Source: an uncultured Prevotella sp.
Lineage (GTDB): Bacteria; Bacteroidota; Bacteroidia; Bacteroidales; Bacteroidaceae
Direction: 5' to 3'
Assembly: GCA_900317405.1 (NCBI GenBank)
Contig: ONGP01000010.1
Location: 33,273-97,272, forward strand
Length of the DNA: 64,000 nt
In this document: piece after piece, positions 30,862 to 39,812 of the stretch
Numbering within the stretch: the stretch's first letter is position 1
Layout of the letters: every line of letters starts with the position of its first letter
Notes under the pieces: generated by a model
Seen by the model: only the letters and a program-made list of their open reading frames with translations
Databases searched by the model: none
What the model was told of the DNA's origin: nothing
Position numbers and translations under genes: made by a program

Positions 30862-32955
30862 ATGCGTAAACAGTTTAAAGATATTGATATCTATGCAGGC
30901 ATCAAGGCTCAAGATGGTGCCAAATGGATTAAAGATAATGGTATTGAGGCCAACTGGAAGACCCCAGAGCACATCGAGGTTCGCCCAGTTTATACTAAGG
31001 AAGACCTTGAGGGTATGGAGCACCTCGACTTTACAGCTGGTATCCCTCCCTATCTGCGTGGTCCTTATTCGATGATGTACCCCTTCAAACCTTGGACTAT
31101 CCGTCAGTATGCCGGATTCTCTACAGCTGAAGAGTCGAATGCCTTCTATCGCCGTAACCTGGCTTCTGGTCAGAAAGGACTTTCTGTAGCCTTCGACCTG
31201 CCTACACACCGTGGTTACGACCCCGACAACGCTCGTGTAGTAGGCGATGTAGGTAAGGCTGGTGTGTCTATCTGTAACGAAGAGAACATGAAGGTCCTCT
31301 TCTCAGGTATCCCCCTCAACAAGATGTCTGTGTCTATGACCATGAACGGTGCTGTGCTGCCTATTCTGGCATTCTACATCGTGGCAGGTCTTGAGCAGGG
31401 CGCTCAGCTTGAGGAGATGGCTGGAACCATTCAGAACGATATTCTTAAGGAGTTCATGGTGCGTAACACTTATATCTACCCACCTGCATTCTCAATGAAG
31501 ATCATTGCAGATATCTTCGAGTACACCTCGCAGAAGATGCCTAAGTTCAACTCTATCTCTATCTCAGGTTATCACATGCAGGAGGCTGGTGCTACCGCTG
31601 ATATCGAGTTGGCTTACACCTTGGCTGATGGTATGGACTACCTGCGTACTGGTGTAAATGCTGGTATCGATGTGGATGCTTTCGCACCTCGTCTGTCGTT
31701 CTTCTGGGCTATCGGTATGAACCACTTCATGGAGATTGCCAAGATGCGTGCAGGCCGTCTGCTGTGGGCTAAGATCGTTAAGAGCTTCGGTGCCAAGAAT
31801 CCTAAGTCTCTTGCTCTCCGTACTCACTCTCAGACTTCAGGTTGGTCGCTTACCGAGCAGGATCCATTCAACAACGTAGGCCGTACCTGTATCGAGGCTA
31901 TGGCAGCCGTATTGGGCCACACCCAGTCGCTGCATACCAACGCTCTCGATGAGGCTATTGCACTGCCTACCGACTTCTCTGCTCGTATCGCTCGTAACAC
32001 CCAGATCTACATCCAGAATGAGACTAAGGTGTGCAAGCAGATCGACCCATGGGCAGGTAGCTACTACGTAGAGACACTTACCAACGAACTAGTACATAAG
32101 GCTTGGGAGCATATCCAGGAGATTGAGAAGCTTGGTGGTATGGCTAAGGCCATCGAGACCGGTCTTCCTAAGATGCGTATCGAGGAGGCTGCTGCTCGCA
32201 CTCAGGCTCGTATCGATAGTGGTGTTCAGACCATTGTGGGTACCAACAAGTACCGTCTTGAGCACGAGGATCCTATCGATATCCTCGAGGTTGATAATAC
32301 CGCTGTGCGTAAGCAGCAGGAGGAGAGCCTTGCTCAGGTACGCTCTACCCGCGATGAGGCCGCTTGTCAGGCAGCCCTTAAGGCTATCACTGAGTGCGTA
32401 CGCGACTTCAAGGAAGGTCGCAAGTCCGAGAACAATCTGCTCGACCTTGCTGTTAAGGCCGCTCAGCTGCGTTGTACCCTTGGTGAGATTTCAGATGCCT
32501 GCGAAGAGATCGTAGGCCGTTATAAAGCAGTAATCAGAACAATTTCAGGCGTGTATAGTTCACGTCCACGTATCTTCGTTGCCAAGATGGGTCAGGACGG
32601 TCACGACCGTGGTGCTAAGGTAGTGGCAACAGGTTATGCCGACTGTGGCTTCGACGTGGATATGGGACCATTGTTCCAGACTCCTGAAGAGGCTGCCCGT
32701 CAGGCTGTCGAGAACGATGTTCACATTGTAGGTGCATCGTCGCTCGCTGCCGGTCATAAGACCCTTATTCCACAGCTCATCCAGGAGCTCAAGAAGCTGG
32801 GCCGTGAGGACATCATGGTAACTGCCGGAGGTGTTATCCCCGCACAGGACTACGACTTCCTCTATAAGGCTGGTGTAGCTTGTATCTTTGGTCCTGGTAC
32901 CCCGATACCGTATTCTGCTATTCAGATGATGAAGATTCTGATGGACAAGGACTAA
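30862..32955 (+). CDS. mutB: Methylmalonyl-CoA mutase large subunit, with an apparent in-frame deletion before the B12 domain
   Basis: [38 protein letters not shown]. Confidence 0.95.
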   Translation: MRKQFKDIDIYAGIKAQDGAKWIKDNGIEANWKTPEHIEVRPVYTKEDLEGMEHLDFTAGIPPYLRGPYSMMYPFKPWTIRQYAGFSTAEESNAFYRRNLASGQKGLSVAFDLPTHRGYDPDNARVVGDVGKAGVSICNEENMKVLFSGIPLNKMSVSMTMNGAVLPILAFYIVAGLEQGAQLEEMAGTIQNDILKEFMVRNTYIYPPAFSMKIIADIFEYTSQKMPKFNSISISGYHMQEAGATADIELAYTLADGMDYLRTGVNAGIDVDAFAPRLSFFWAIGMNHFMEIAKMRAGRLLWAKIVKSFGAKNPKSLALRTHSQTSGWSLTEQDPFNNVGRTCIEAMAAVLGHTQSLHTNALDEAIALPTDFSARIARNTQIYIQNETKVCKQIDPWAGSYYVETLTNELVHKAWEHIQEIEKLGGMAKAIETGLPKMRIEEAAARTQARIDSGVQTIVGTNKYRLEHEDPIDILEVDNTAVRKQQEESLAQVRSTRDEAACQAALKAITECVRDFKEGRKSENNLLDLAVKAAQLRCTLGEISDACEEIVGRYKAVIRTISGVYSSRPRIFVAKMGQDGHDRGAKVVATGYADCGFDVDMGPLFQTPEEAARQAVENDVHIVGASSLAAGHKTLIPQLIQELKKLGREDIMVTAGGVIPAQDYDFLYKAGVACIFGPGTPIPYSAIQMMKILMDKD

Positions 32956-32979
32956 TTAATATTAAGGTATAAAGTAAAA

Positions 32980-35103
32980 ATGAAAAAGTTTCTTTTGTTG
33001 CTAGTCGCTCTGGTGTCGTGCTGCTCGCTGTGGGCCGATGATAAGGTCGACACCAGCATCCCCGTCACAACCGAGGTTAAGGACAAGACCTTTGTACTCG
33101 TAATCTCAAACGAGAACTACAAGCACGAGGAGTCAGTACCCTTTGCCAACAACGACGGAGAAGTGTTCGCTGTGTATTGTGAGAAGACACTCGGTGTGCC
33201 CGCCAAGAACATCCACCGTGTGCCCGATGCCACGCTCAATGATATGAATCATGAGCTCGAGTGGCTCACCCAGGTGGTGAAGGCTTTCGACGGACAAGCC
33301 CATGTTATCTTCTACTATAGTGGTCACGGTATGCCCGATGAGGCCAGCAAGGAGGCCTATCTGCTGCCTACCGATGCCTATAGCAGCGACCCTAAGAGCG
33401 GACTGAGCACAAAGAAACTCTACGACCGACTGAACAGCATGCAGGCCCAGCGCACACTGGTGTTCCTGGATGCCTGTTTCAGTGGATCCAAGCGTGATGG
33501 CGAGATGATGGCATCTAGCCGTGGTGTGGCCATCAAGGCCAAGACCGAACCTGTAAAGGGCAATATGGTTGTGTTCTCGGCTGCCCAGGGCAACGAGACC
33601 GCCTATCCTTACAAGGGCAACAATCACGGTATGTTCACCTACTTTGTGCTCAACAAGCTTAATGAGACTGGCGGTGCTGTATCGCTGGGCGAACTGAGCG
33701 ATTACGTCATCAAGGAGGTTAAGCAGAAGTCGATTGTCGACAACGGCAAGAGTCAGACCCCAAGCATCAACGGTCCTGTGGGCGATGACTCATGGCGCTC
33801 GTGGCGATTTGCCGACCGCGCTGCCAAGAGTCGCGAGACACGTGTGGCCAATGCCACCACCAAGGCCAGCAAGGATGGTCCTGCCATCCCGTCGAGTGCC
33901 GAGCCTTACACCATCCCCGATTACACCATCGAGGGTGCAGGCACAGGCGTTCAGGGCACCTATCTGGTAAAGGTTACTATGGATGCTAAGCGTGTTGAGG
34001 ATGCCACCGATCAGGAACTCACCAAGGCTGCCATTCATGGCGTGCTGTTCCGTGGATTCGAGAGTGGTGCCAACCGTCAGCACCAGCGTCCGTTGGCTGG
34101 TAGTCCGCTCGTAGAGACTCAGAACTCTGGTTTCTTCAGCCACTTCTTCCATCAGCCTTACCAGCAGTACGGTCAGGCCGAGACCACCTCTCGACAGGTT
34201 GTACGTATGGGCAAGAATCAGTTCAAGGTGTCGGCCACTGTCACCGTCAAGGAGGATCAGTTGCGCAAGGACCTCACCACACAAGGCATACTTAAGGGCG
34301 ACAAGCTTGGCGAGAGCAAGCGCCCCACACTGATGGTTATCCCAGCCGACTCGTGGTGCACGGCCAATGGATTCGTCAAGGACGATGAGAATGGCAAGAA
34401 GGTATCCGACTTCGAAGCTGCATGGAGCGGCAGTCAGGATCTGTTCAGCGTTGTGTCTAAGATAGGCGAGCTTATGTCCGACCGCGGATTCCCGCTCAAG
34501 GATCTCTCGCAGTCGCTCAAGAATGTTGGTGCCGCACGTACCGACATGTTCCTTGAGGTGGGATGGAAGATCAACAAGACTGGTCCTAAAAACTCTGTTA
34601 CCTACACCCTGCGTGGTCTCGATGCCTATACCATGAAGCAGGTGGCTAATACATCGGGTACCGGCAAGCCGTCGTTCTCTGCCGAAGTTCCTGTACTACT
34701 CGAAGAGGCAGTGCTTGAGCGTATGGACAACTTTGCCGACCAGCTGCAGCAGCACTTCGACGATCTGCTTAAGAATGGTCGTGAGGTAGCAGTAACCATC
34801 CGCTGTGAGGGTGCGCAGAGTCTTGAGTTCGAGTACGACGGTAAGGAGCTCTCTGAGGTTATCGACGACTGGATGGCGCTCAACACTCTGAATCACAGCT
34901 ATAGCATGGGCGACAGTAGCGATAAGTTTGTAGAGTTTGAGCAGGTTCGCATTCCGCTCTATGCTCAGAATGGTATGGCCCTCGACACCCGTCGCTGGCT
35001 CAACGGCCTGCGCAAGATGCTTAGCGCTGAGCCTTACAACATAGCCGTGCAGATAATCTCCGACGGCTTAGGACACGCCACGCTTGTGCTTGGAAGCAAA
35101 TAA
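32980..35103 (+). CDS. Secreted caspase-family (C14) peptidase fused to two further domains (C-terminal one DUF6175-like)
   Basis: Signal peptide; YSGHG and LDACFSG catalytic dyad; HGMFTY; KRPTLMVIPAD start of the C-terminal domain. Confidence 0.75.
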   Translation: MKKFLLLLVALVSCCSLWADDKVDTSIPVTTEVKDKTFVLVISNENYKHEESVPFANNDGEVFAVYCEKTLGVPAKNIHRVPDATLNDMNHELEWLTQVVKAFDGQAHVIFYYSGHGMPDEASKEAYLLPTDAYSSDPKSGLSTKKLYDRLNSMQAQRTLVFLDACFSGSKRDGEMMASSRGVAIKAKTEPVKGNMVVFSAAQGNETAYPYKGNNHGMFTYFVLNKLNETGGAVSLGELSDYVIKEVKQKSIVDNGKSQTPSINGPVGDDSWRSWRFADRAAKSRETRVANATTKASKDGPAIPSSAEPYTIPDYTIEGAGTGVQGTYLVKVTMDAKRVEDATDQELTKAAIHGVLFRGFESGANRQHQRPLAGSPLVETQNSGFFSHFFHQPYQQYGQAETTSRQVVRMGKNQFKVSATVTVKEDQLRKDLTTQGILKGDKLGESKRPTLMVIPADSWCTANGFVKDDENGKKVSDFEAAWSGSQDLFSVVSKIGELMSDRGFPLKDLSQSLKNVGAARTDMFLEVGWKINKTGPKNSVTYTLRGLDAYTMKQVANTSGTGKPSFSAEVPVLLEEAVLERMDNFADQLQQHFDDLLKNGREVAVTIRCEGAQSLEFEYDGKELSEVIDDWMALNTLNHSYSMGDSSDKFVEFEQVRIPLYAQNGMALDTRRWLNGLRKMLSAEPYNIAVQIISDGLGHATLVLGSK

Positions 35104-35107
35104 ATAG

Positions 35108-35139
35108 AAAAAAGCTCACTTCGAAATAGTGAGCTTTTT
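35108..35139. terminator. Bidirectional intrinsic terminator
   Basis: AAAAAGCTCACT...AGTGAGCTTTTT. Confidence 0.85.
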
Positions 35140-35150
35140 CTTTTCTGAGG

Positions 35151-35393
35151 TTACATAAATGAGTCGTGTTCGTCTATCCTGTACGCTTTGTTATCTTCCT
35201 TTATGTATATCTGCAAGTCTCTGAAGAAGCCCGTGTTCTGTATTTCTGACAGATCGTACTGGGCGTCTTCTTCCTGCTGATATTCCTTTGCGCTTACCAG
35301 AACGCTTGTGAACTCCAGTTCCTTCTTGTCTGTGTCCAGAACCGATATCCACTCGTTCTTTTCGCGGTTGCCGATAACAAATTTACTACTCAT
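35151..35393 (-). CDS. Small acidic hypothetical protein (80 aa)
   Basis: ATG after an AT-rich leader, downstream of a TATCTTTG promoter box. Confidence 0.6.
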   Translation of the reverse strand: MSSKFVIGNREKNEWISVLDTDKKELEFTSVLVSAKEYQQEEDAQYDLSEIQNTGFFRDLQIYIKEDNKAYRIDEHDSFM

Positions 35394-35540
35394 AACTGTT
35401 CTCTTTATTATTGTGATGTAGTTTGTTGTTTTGCATGTTTGCAGTTGCAAAGATAAGCACTTTTTGCTTACCATGTATCACTACACCATCAAAAATCTAT
35501 GTAAACGTTTGAGTAAACGTTTCGGCACGCTTCCGATTTT

Positions 35541-36521
35541 TTAGAAGTTCTTTCTCACGCCCTGCCACTCAGGGAACTTCATCTTCAGATACTCGTCGTC
35601 CAGGAACAGGGCCGATTGTTCCACCTTGTCCTTAAGCTGCCAGTCCAGCCACTTCACTACTGCCTTGGCATAGTTGCCACCATGCTTCTCGTAGTAAGTT
35701 CCGCTGTGTCCGTCCTTCGAGTTCAGCATCACCACTGGTATGTCGTTGCCTATGCGCTCGTAGTCCTTCTTGGCGTTTTCATGAGCTATGTCGGCAGGAC
35801 CGCCTATCATGTAGAACATAGGCTGATGCAGATTCTTCAGACACTCCTTGGTAGCGCCCATCATCTCCATGTCGCCGATACCTGTGTTCAGCATCACGCA
35901 GGTCTTGATACGTGGATCGTATGCGATAGCCAGCACCTGTGCACCTCCGCACGACTGTCCCATAGCTGCCACACGGTCCAGCGCCAGACAGTGATAGTAC
36001 TCCGAGCCCTGAGTAGCGTTCTGCTCCGTCAGCCAGTCCAGCACCTCAAGCAGCATCTTGGGGTATGTGTTGAACTGTGGAGCTGCTGGTTGCTGCTGCT
36101 TCTTTGTCTTCTTGGCTTTCTTTGCGGCCAGTGCTCTCTGCTTGGCCTGCTCCTCCTGCTGTGCCTTCTTCTCCTCGGCAGTCATAGGCAGAATCTTCTC
36201 GCCGTTAGCCATCACTACCTCGCCCTTAGTAGCAGGGTAGGCAGCCTTAAGCACACCGCGCCACTGTGCCATCACATCGGCCTCGTCATACGGACCGATA
36301 GCTGCAGCCACATATCCATACGATGCCACTTCGCTCAGCAGCAGTCGCATCTCCAGGTTCTGCGGACGATAAACCGTAAAACCAGTGCACGAGGCATCGC
36401 CCACCACTTCCGACTTGAAAGGGCCAGTGCCGCCTTCTTCTACTACTTGTCTCTGAACTGTCTGCGCACTTGCGCCCATACTCATGGCGACCATCATCGC
36501 CGCAATAAATACTTTCTTCAT
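35541..36521 (-). CDS. Secreted alpha/beta hydrolase, possibly internally deleted
   Basis: Signal peptide, GQSCGG nucleophile, D...GH.GTY; start set at MKKVF. Confidence 0.8.
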   Translation of the reverse strand: MKKVFIAAMMVAMSMGASAQTVQRQVVEEGGTGPFKSEVVGDASCTGFTVYRPQNLEMRLLLSEVASYGYVAAAIGPYDEADVMAQWRGVLKAAYPATKGEVVMANGEKILPMTAEEKKAQQEEQAKQRALAAKKAKKTKKQQQPAAPQFNTYPKMLLEVLDWLTEQNATQGSEYYHCLALDRVAAMGQSCGGAQVLAIAYDPRIKTCVMLNTGIGDMEMMGATKECLKNLHQPMFYMIGGPADIAHENAKKDYERIGNDIPVVMLNSKDGHSGTYYEKHGGNYAKAVVKWLDWQLKDKVEQSALFLDDEYLKMKFPEWQGVRKNF

Positions 36522-36603
36522 AGTTGATAATTTATTAATGATAACGTAATTGCCTGCAAAGATACGATGATTATCTGAAACTTGCAAGTGTTTTGCAAGA
36601 AAA

Positions 36604-36724
36604 ATGCCTCGCATCATTCTTCCGATGCGAGGCATTTGCGTTATAGTTGTTATGTGTGATATAATCAGGAGTGCTCGACTCTGTGATCGTCTTGATCGCA
36701 CTTTAATAAAGATCAATGACCTGT
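36604..36724 (-). repeat. Cassette 3' end, copy A: 61-bp structured element plus terminator
   Basis: Matches 37552-37667; core 36664-36724 differs from 37607-37667 at 3 positions. Confidence 0.9.
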
Positions 36725-36743
36725 CCCCGTGATTCAGCATCGC

Positions 36744-36905
36744 TTAGAAGAAGTTCTTTGCGGGGATGTGGCGTATCACGTTGTCATCGCCACAGACGAT
36801 GACGTCCTCATTGTTACGAGCCTTCTCCTCCAGCATCTCACGTTCGGCAATCTCCAAGCCACGCGTGATCTTCTCTACCATCTGGTTGTGTTCAGTGCTT
36901 GACAT
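36744..36905 (-). CDS. 53-aa partner of the zeta-like ATPase (not in the ORF track)
   Basis: MSSTEHNQMVEKITRGLEIAEREMLEEKARNNEDVIVCGDDNVIRHIPAKNFF; overlaps the stop of the upstream gene. Confidence 0.75.
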   Translation of the reverse strand: MSSTEHNQMVEKITRGLEIAEREMLEEKARNNEDVIVCGDDNVIRHIPAKNFF

Positions 36906-37473
36906 ACGCTTCTATCTTTTTAAATTCAACTTCATTGTTTATTATCATTTTCTGATTCATACCGCCTGTAGCAATGATACTACGTGGGGTGATACTGTTA
37001 TCAACTAATATCCAGGTGTCAACAATCGGCATATAAATGCGGAACAGGTTATCAATGCCTTCGTAGTAGCGACGGATGATAATATCGCGGGGTATGTTAT
37101 GACCACCTTTGCTTACTCTCTCGGCCACGCGCTCAATAGCTTGCTCGGGTGTTTTCAGCCAGAAGAAAAGTAGCGTAACTTCATATCCCTGCTGATGAGC
37201 TTTCTCAATTAGTTTAAAGTAGGAACGAGTGGCGAGTGTTGTCTCTATAGAGAAACTTTCGTTGCGGCGCAACAGCTCAGCGATGCGGCTAAGCATCAGG
37301 CGTCCTGCCTCAATCGCCACGCTCTCAGGATTGAACGGTGACAGTCCGCGGGCTATCTCATCTGCATTGACGAACTCACGACACTGGAGTATCTTAGGCA
37401 ACACACTATATGATGCTGTTGTCTTTCCCGCGCCGTTTGGCCCTGCGATGATGTATAGATGTTTATTCTCCAT
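36892..37473 (-). CDS. Zeta-toxin-family / AAA_33 P-loop protein
   Basis: IIAGPNGAGKTT, FVNADEIA, ETTL, RVAERVSKGGH; start set at MENKHL. Confidence 0.85.
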   Translation of the reverse strand: MENKHLYIIAGPNGAGKTTASYSVLPKILQCREFVNADEIARGLSPFNPESVAIEAGRLMLSRIAELLRRNESFSIETTLATRSYFKLIEKAHQQGYEVTLLFFWLKTPEQAIERVAERVSKGGHNIPRDIIIRRYYEGIDNLFRIYMPIVDTWILVDNSITPRSIIATGGMNQKMIINNEVEFKKIEAYVKH

Positions 37474-37477
37474 TTCT

Positions 37478-37583
37478 GGCTGCAAAGATACGAATAAGTG
37501 AGTAATAATCCAAATTTTTTTCAGTATTTTCGATTGTGAGCAATTAAAAGGATGCCTCGCGTCATCACGATGCGAGGCGTTTG
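37478..37583 (-). repeat. 106-bp terminator+promoter direct repeat, copy 1
   Basis: Identical to 38628-38733 except 2 nt; contains the GCCTCGC stem and TATCTTTG -7 box (37483-37490). Confidence 0.92.
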
Positions 37584-37667
37584 CGTTAGTTGTTATGTAT
37601 GATATGATCAGGAGCGCTTGACTCTGTGATCGTCTTGATCGCACTTTAATAAAGATCAAAGACCTGT
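37552..37667 (-). repeat. Cassette 3' end, copy B: 61-bp structured element plus terminator
   Basis: Matches 36604-36724. Confidence 0.9.
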
Positions 37668-37691
37668 GATCTTGTGGTTAGAGATAGTATG

Positions 37692-37913
37692 TTAAGAAAC
37701 CTTTGCTGTCTTAAGTTCGTTCTCTAAAAAGGAATACACGTAGCCTGAACTCTGATAATAAAGACCTGTAGCGTCGTCCTGCAGACGCTGGTAGGTTTCA
37801 CTATTGATGACGGTGGCTAACGCTTGCTCCATCGTAATCTGAGGGTCGTCATCCATCAGCCGCAGAGCCAGGTGCTTCACCATGTCAAGCTTCATCTGTT
37901 CTTTCTCGTTCAT
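37692..37913 (-). CDS. Small helical protein (DUF3791-like)
   Basis: SETYQRL...TGLYYQS motif; overlaps the DUF3990 stop. Confidence 0.7.
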   Translation of the reverse strand: MNEKEQMKLDMVKHLALRLMDDDPQITMEQALATVINSETYQRLQDDATGLYYQSSGYVYSFLENELKTAKVS

Positions 37914-38383
37914 AGTCGCTTTAAGATTTTGATGGCACGCTCTGTGCCAAAGTAATATTGGAAGGTGATACCATTCATGTTACGCAAATTGTGTACGAGT
38001 GTTGGTAGATCGATTGTGCCATTCTCGAACTTCCATAGCTGAACGCCAACACGGTCATTGGCAATGGGACCGATTACTATGTCATAATCGTGGGCAGGTT
38101 CTTGACTGGCATTGTTGCGGTTCAACAGGATGAAATTGGCCCACTCCTCAGTATAATCATCGAAGCGTAGTACTCTTAATTCAGCCATAGCTTCGTCATC
38201 AACCTCATAGGTTAGTACGGTGGGCACACCGCTTTCCAACTGCTCCACCTTGATCTTTGCCATGGCCATAGCCTGAGCGTACTCTCGGCTTAAGTAGAAA
38301 CCCTGACCGAAGTCCTTGTTGGGTTTCGACTTGCGAAGATCGATATCGCCAAAGTCGGCGTTTGTGCCGTGGTAGAGTATCAT
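37910..38383 (-). CDS. DUF3990-family protein (predicted ADP-ribosyltransferase-like fold)
   Basis: MILYHGT, KDFGQGFYLS, YDIVIGPIAND, QYYF. Confidence 0.82.
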   Translation of the reverse strand: MILYHGTNADFGDIDLRKSKPNKDFGQGFYLSREYAQAMAMAKIKVEQLESGVPTVLTYEVDDEAMAELRVLRFDDYTEEWANFILLNRNNASQEPAHDYDIVIGPIANDRVGVQLWKFENGTIDLPTLVHNLRNMNGITFQYYFGTERAIKILKRL

Positions 38384-38604
38384 ACTAGTGCGCCTCCTTT
38401 CCTGTGGCAATACTCGGCCATATCGCTTACCATCGACTGGAACGACTGCGTGTGGCAGTAGTCGTAGTGTTCGTCGACGAACTTGATGGCGCCGAAGCGG
38501 CTCAGATAGTTAAACGCCTGCTTAAGCGTCAGTCCGAAGTGCCGTCCGAACTCTGTGACAAAGATAATTGTCCATTCCATCTTATCTTTAAAGCTATATG
38601 CCAT
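38380..38604 (-). CDS. DUF3791-family protein
   Basis: EFGRHFGLTLKQAFNYL...HYDYCHTQS. Confidence 0.78.
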   Translation of the reverse strand: MAYSFKDKMEWTIIFVTEFGRHFGLTLKQAFNYLSRFGAIKFVDEHYDYCHTQSFQSMVSDMAEYCHRKGGALV

Positions 38605-38627
38605 AATCCTTATTTATTATTGTTTAC

Positions 38628-38733
38628 GGCTGCAAAGATACGAATAAGTGAGTAATATTCCAAATTTTTTTCAGTATTTTCGATTGTGAGCAATTAAAAG
38701 GATGCCTCGCGTCATCACGATGCGAGGCATTTG
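38628..38733 (-). repeat. 106-bp terminator+promoter direct repeat, copy 2
   Basis: Matches 37478-37583 at an offset of 1150 bp. Confidence 0.92.
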
Positions 38734-38737
38734 TTTG

Positions 38738-38953
38738 CTAGACTTTTAGCTTGTCTAGTGGATAACCGTCAAAGAGTGCAATCAGTGGAACATCGAGTGC
38801 CTCGGCAAAGCGATCCAAAACGTCTATGCTTGGATTTTTACGTCCACAGCTGATGGCGTTAACATACTGGCGGCTTACATTCAGTCTTACGGCTAAATCA
38901 TTGTCGGTCATCTTCTTCTTGTGAAGAATAGCCTTAATATTTGTTTGTCTCAT
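38738..38953 (-). CDS. XRE/Cro-C1 HTH regulator
   Basis: LAVRLNVSRQYVNAI..GRKNPSIDVLDRFAEALDV; divergent from the replication module; TAACTTTG box at 39001-39008. Confidence 0.88.
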   Translation of the reverse strand: MRQTNIKAILHKKKMTDNDLAVRLNVSRQYVNAISCGRKNPSIDVLDRFAEALDVPLIALFDGYPLDKLKV

Positions 38954-39135
38954 CTAATTATATTTCTGCTTTGTCGACTCCGTTGTCGGCAAATGGATGG
39001 CAAAGTTACAACAAAAAGCTCATTTTTGGATGCATATTTGGCATTTCTTTAAAACAAAGAAACCCCAGAGATTTCTTTCTCGTAAATCAACGTAAAATAT
39101 ACGAGAATATACTTGTTTTCGCTTGTTTAATGTTG

Positions 39136-39257
39136 TACCTTTGCAGTGGTTATCCGGAAGACCATAAACATAACAAAACATTAAGAATTATGAATAGTCA
39201 ACAAAACTCAAACAGATTATTAATGTCGGGCGTCACTCAACAAGTGGCGCCCTTCTT
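39136..39257 (+). promoter_or_regulatory. Promoter (-7 box TACCTTTG) followed by a leader hairpin, possible attenuator
   Basis: Box at 39136-39143; stem 39228-39237/39243-39252 followed by TTCTT. Confidence 0.55.
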
Positions 39258-39302
39258 AGGATTGCGTTCAACCCAAATAATAACTCTAACATATATAGTA
39301 TT

Positions 39303-39812
39303 ATGCAAAAGATAATAGTTGACATGAGCATGCGCCTCTCTGCGCATTTCACTCTCGGCGAGATGTGCTACTCTGGCACGGCTGCTAATCACAAGCCGAA
39401 ACCGATACCCAACATCCCCCTGAAGCAGAACATAGTGGCGCTGCAGAATCTGGTGGACCGCTGCCTGGAGCCTATGCGTATGGCCCTAAAGCTGCCAATA
39501 CAGGTTAACAGCGGCTACCGCTGTCCGCTGGTAAACACGCTGGTGCACGGCGTGTCCACATCGCAACACATGCGTGGCGAGGCCGCCGATGTGACCATCC
39601 CGGTGAAGCACCGCCCATTCAGCGTGACCACCGACGAGCAGGCCGCCCGACTGCTGCTGATGTACGCCAAACAGTATGCCGACTACGACCAGCTGATACT
39701 GGAGCACTACACTGCCAGCAACGGCCGCGAAGTATGGTGGCTGCACATCAGCTGCCGCATAGACTACCGCCGCAACCGCCACCAAGTTATTAACGATTTG
39801 ATAAAACGATGA
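39303..39812 (+). CDS. Peptidase M15A (endolysin-like Zn peptidase)
   Basis: HFTLGE, NSGYRC, SQHMRGEAAD, DQLILE, WLHIS; no signal peptide. Confidence 0.88.
   Translation: MQKIIVDMSMRLSAHFTLGEMCYSGTAANHKPKPIPNIPLKQNIVALQNLVDRCLEPMRMALKLPIQVNSGYRCPLVNTLVHGVSTSQHMRGEAADVTIPVKHRPFSVTTDEQAARLLLMYAKQYADYDQLILEHYTASNGREVWWLHISCRIDYRRNRHQVINDLIKR

Noticed and set aside
36664-36724. SAM-I riboswitch or known self-cleaving ribozyme in element E
   Set aside because: AUCAGGAG is on the non-transcribed strand and the remaining SAM-I, hammerhead, twister and pistol consensus elements are absent
36522-37659. Shared N-terminal extensions (IFIKVRSRRSQS...) on the hydrolase and zeta ORFs
   Set aside because: Translation through repeat E, terminator and promoter from TTG or upstream starts; true starts are 36521 and 37473
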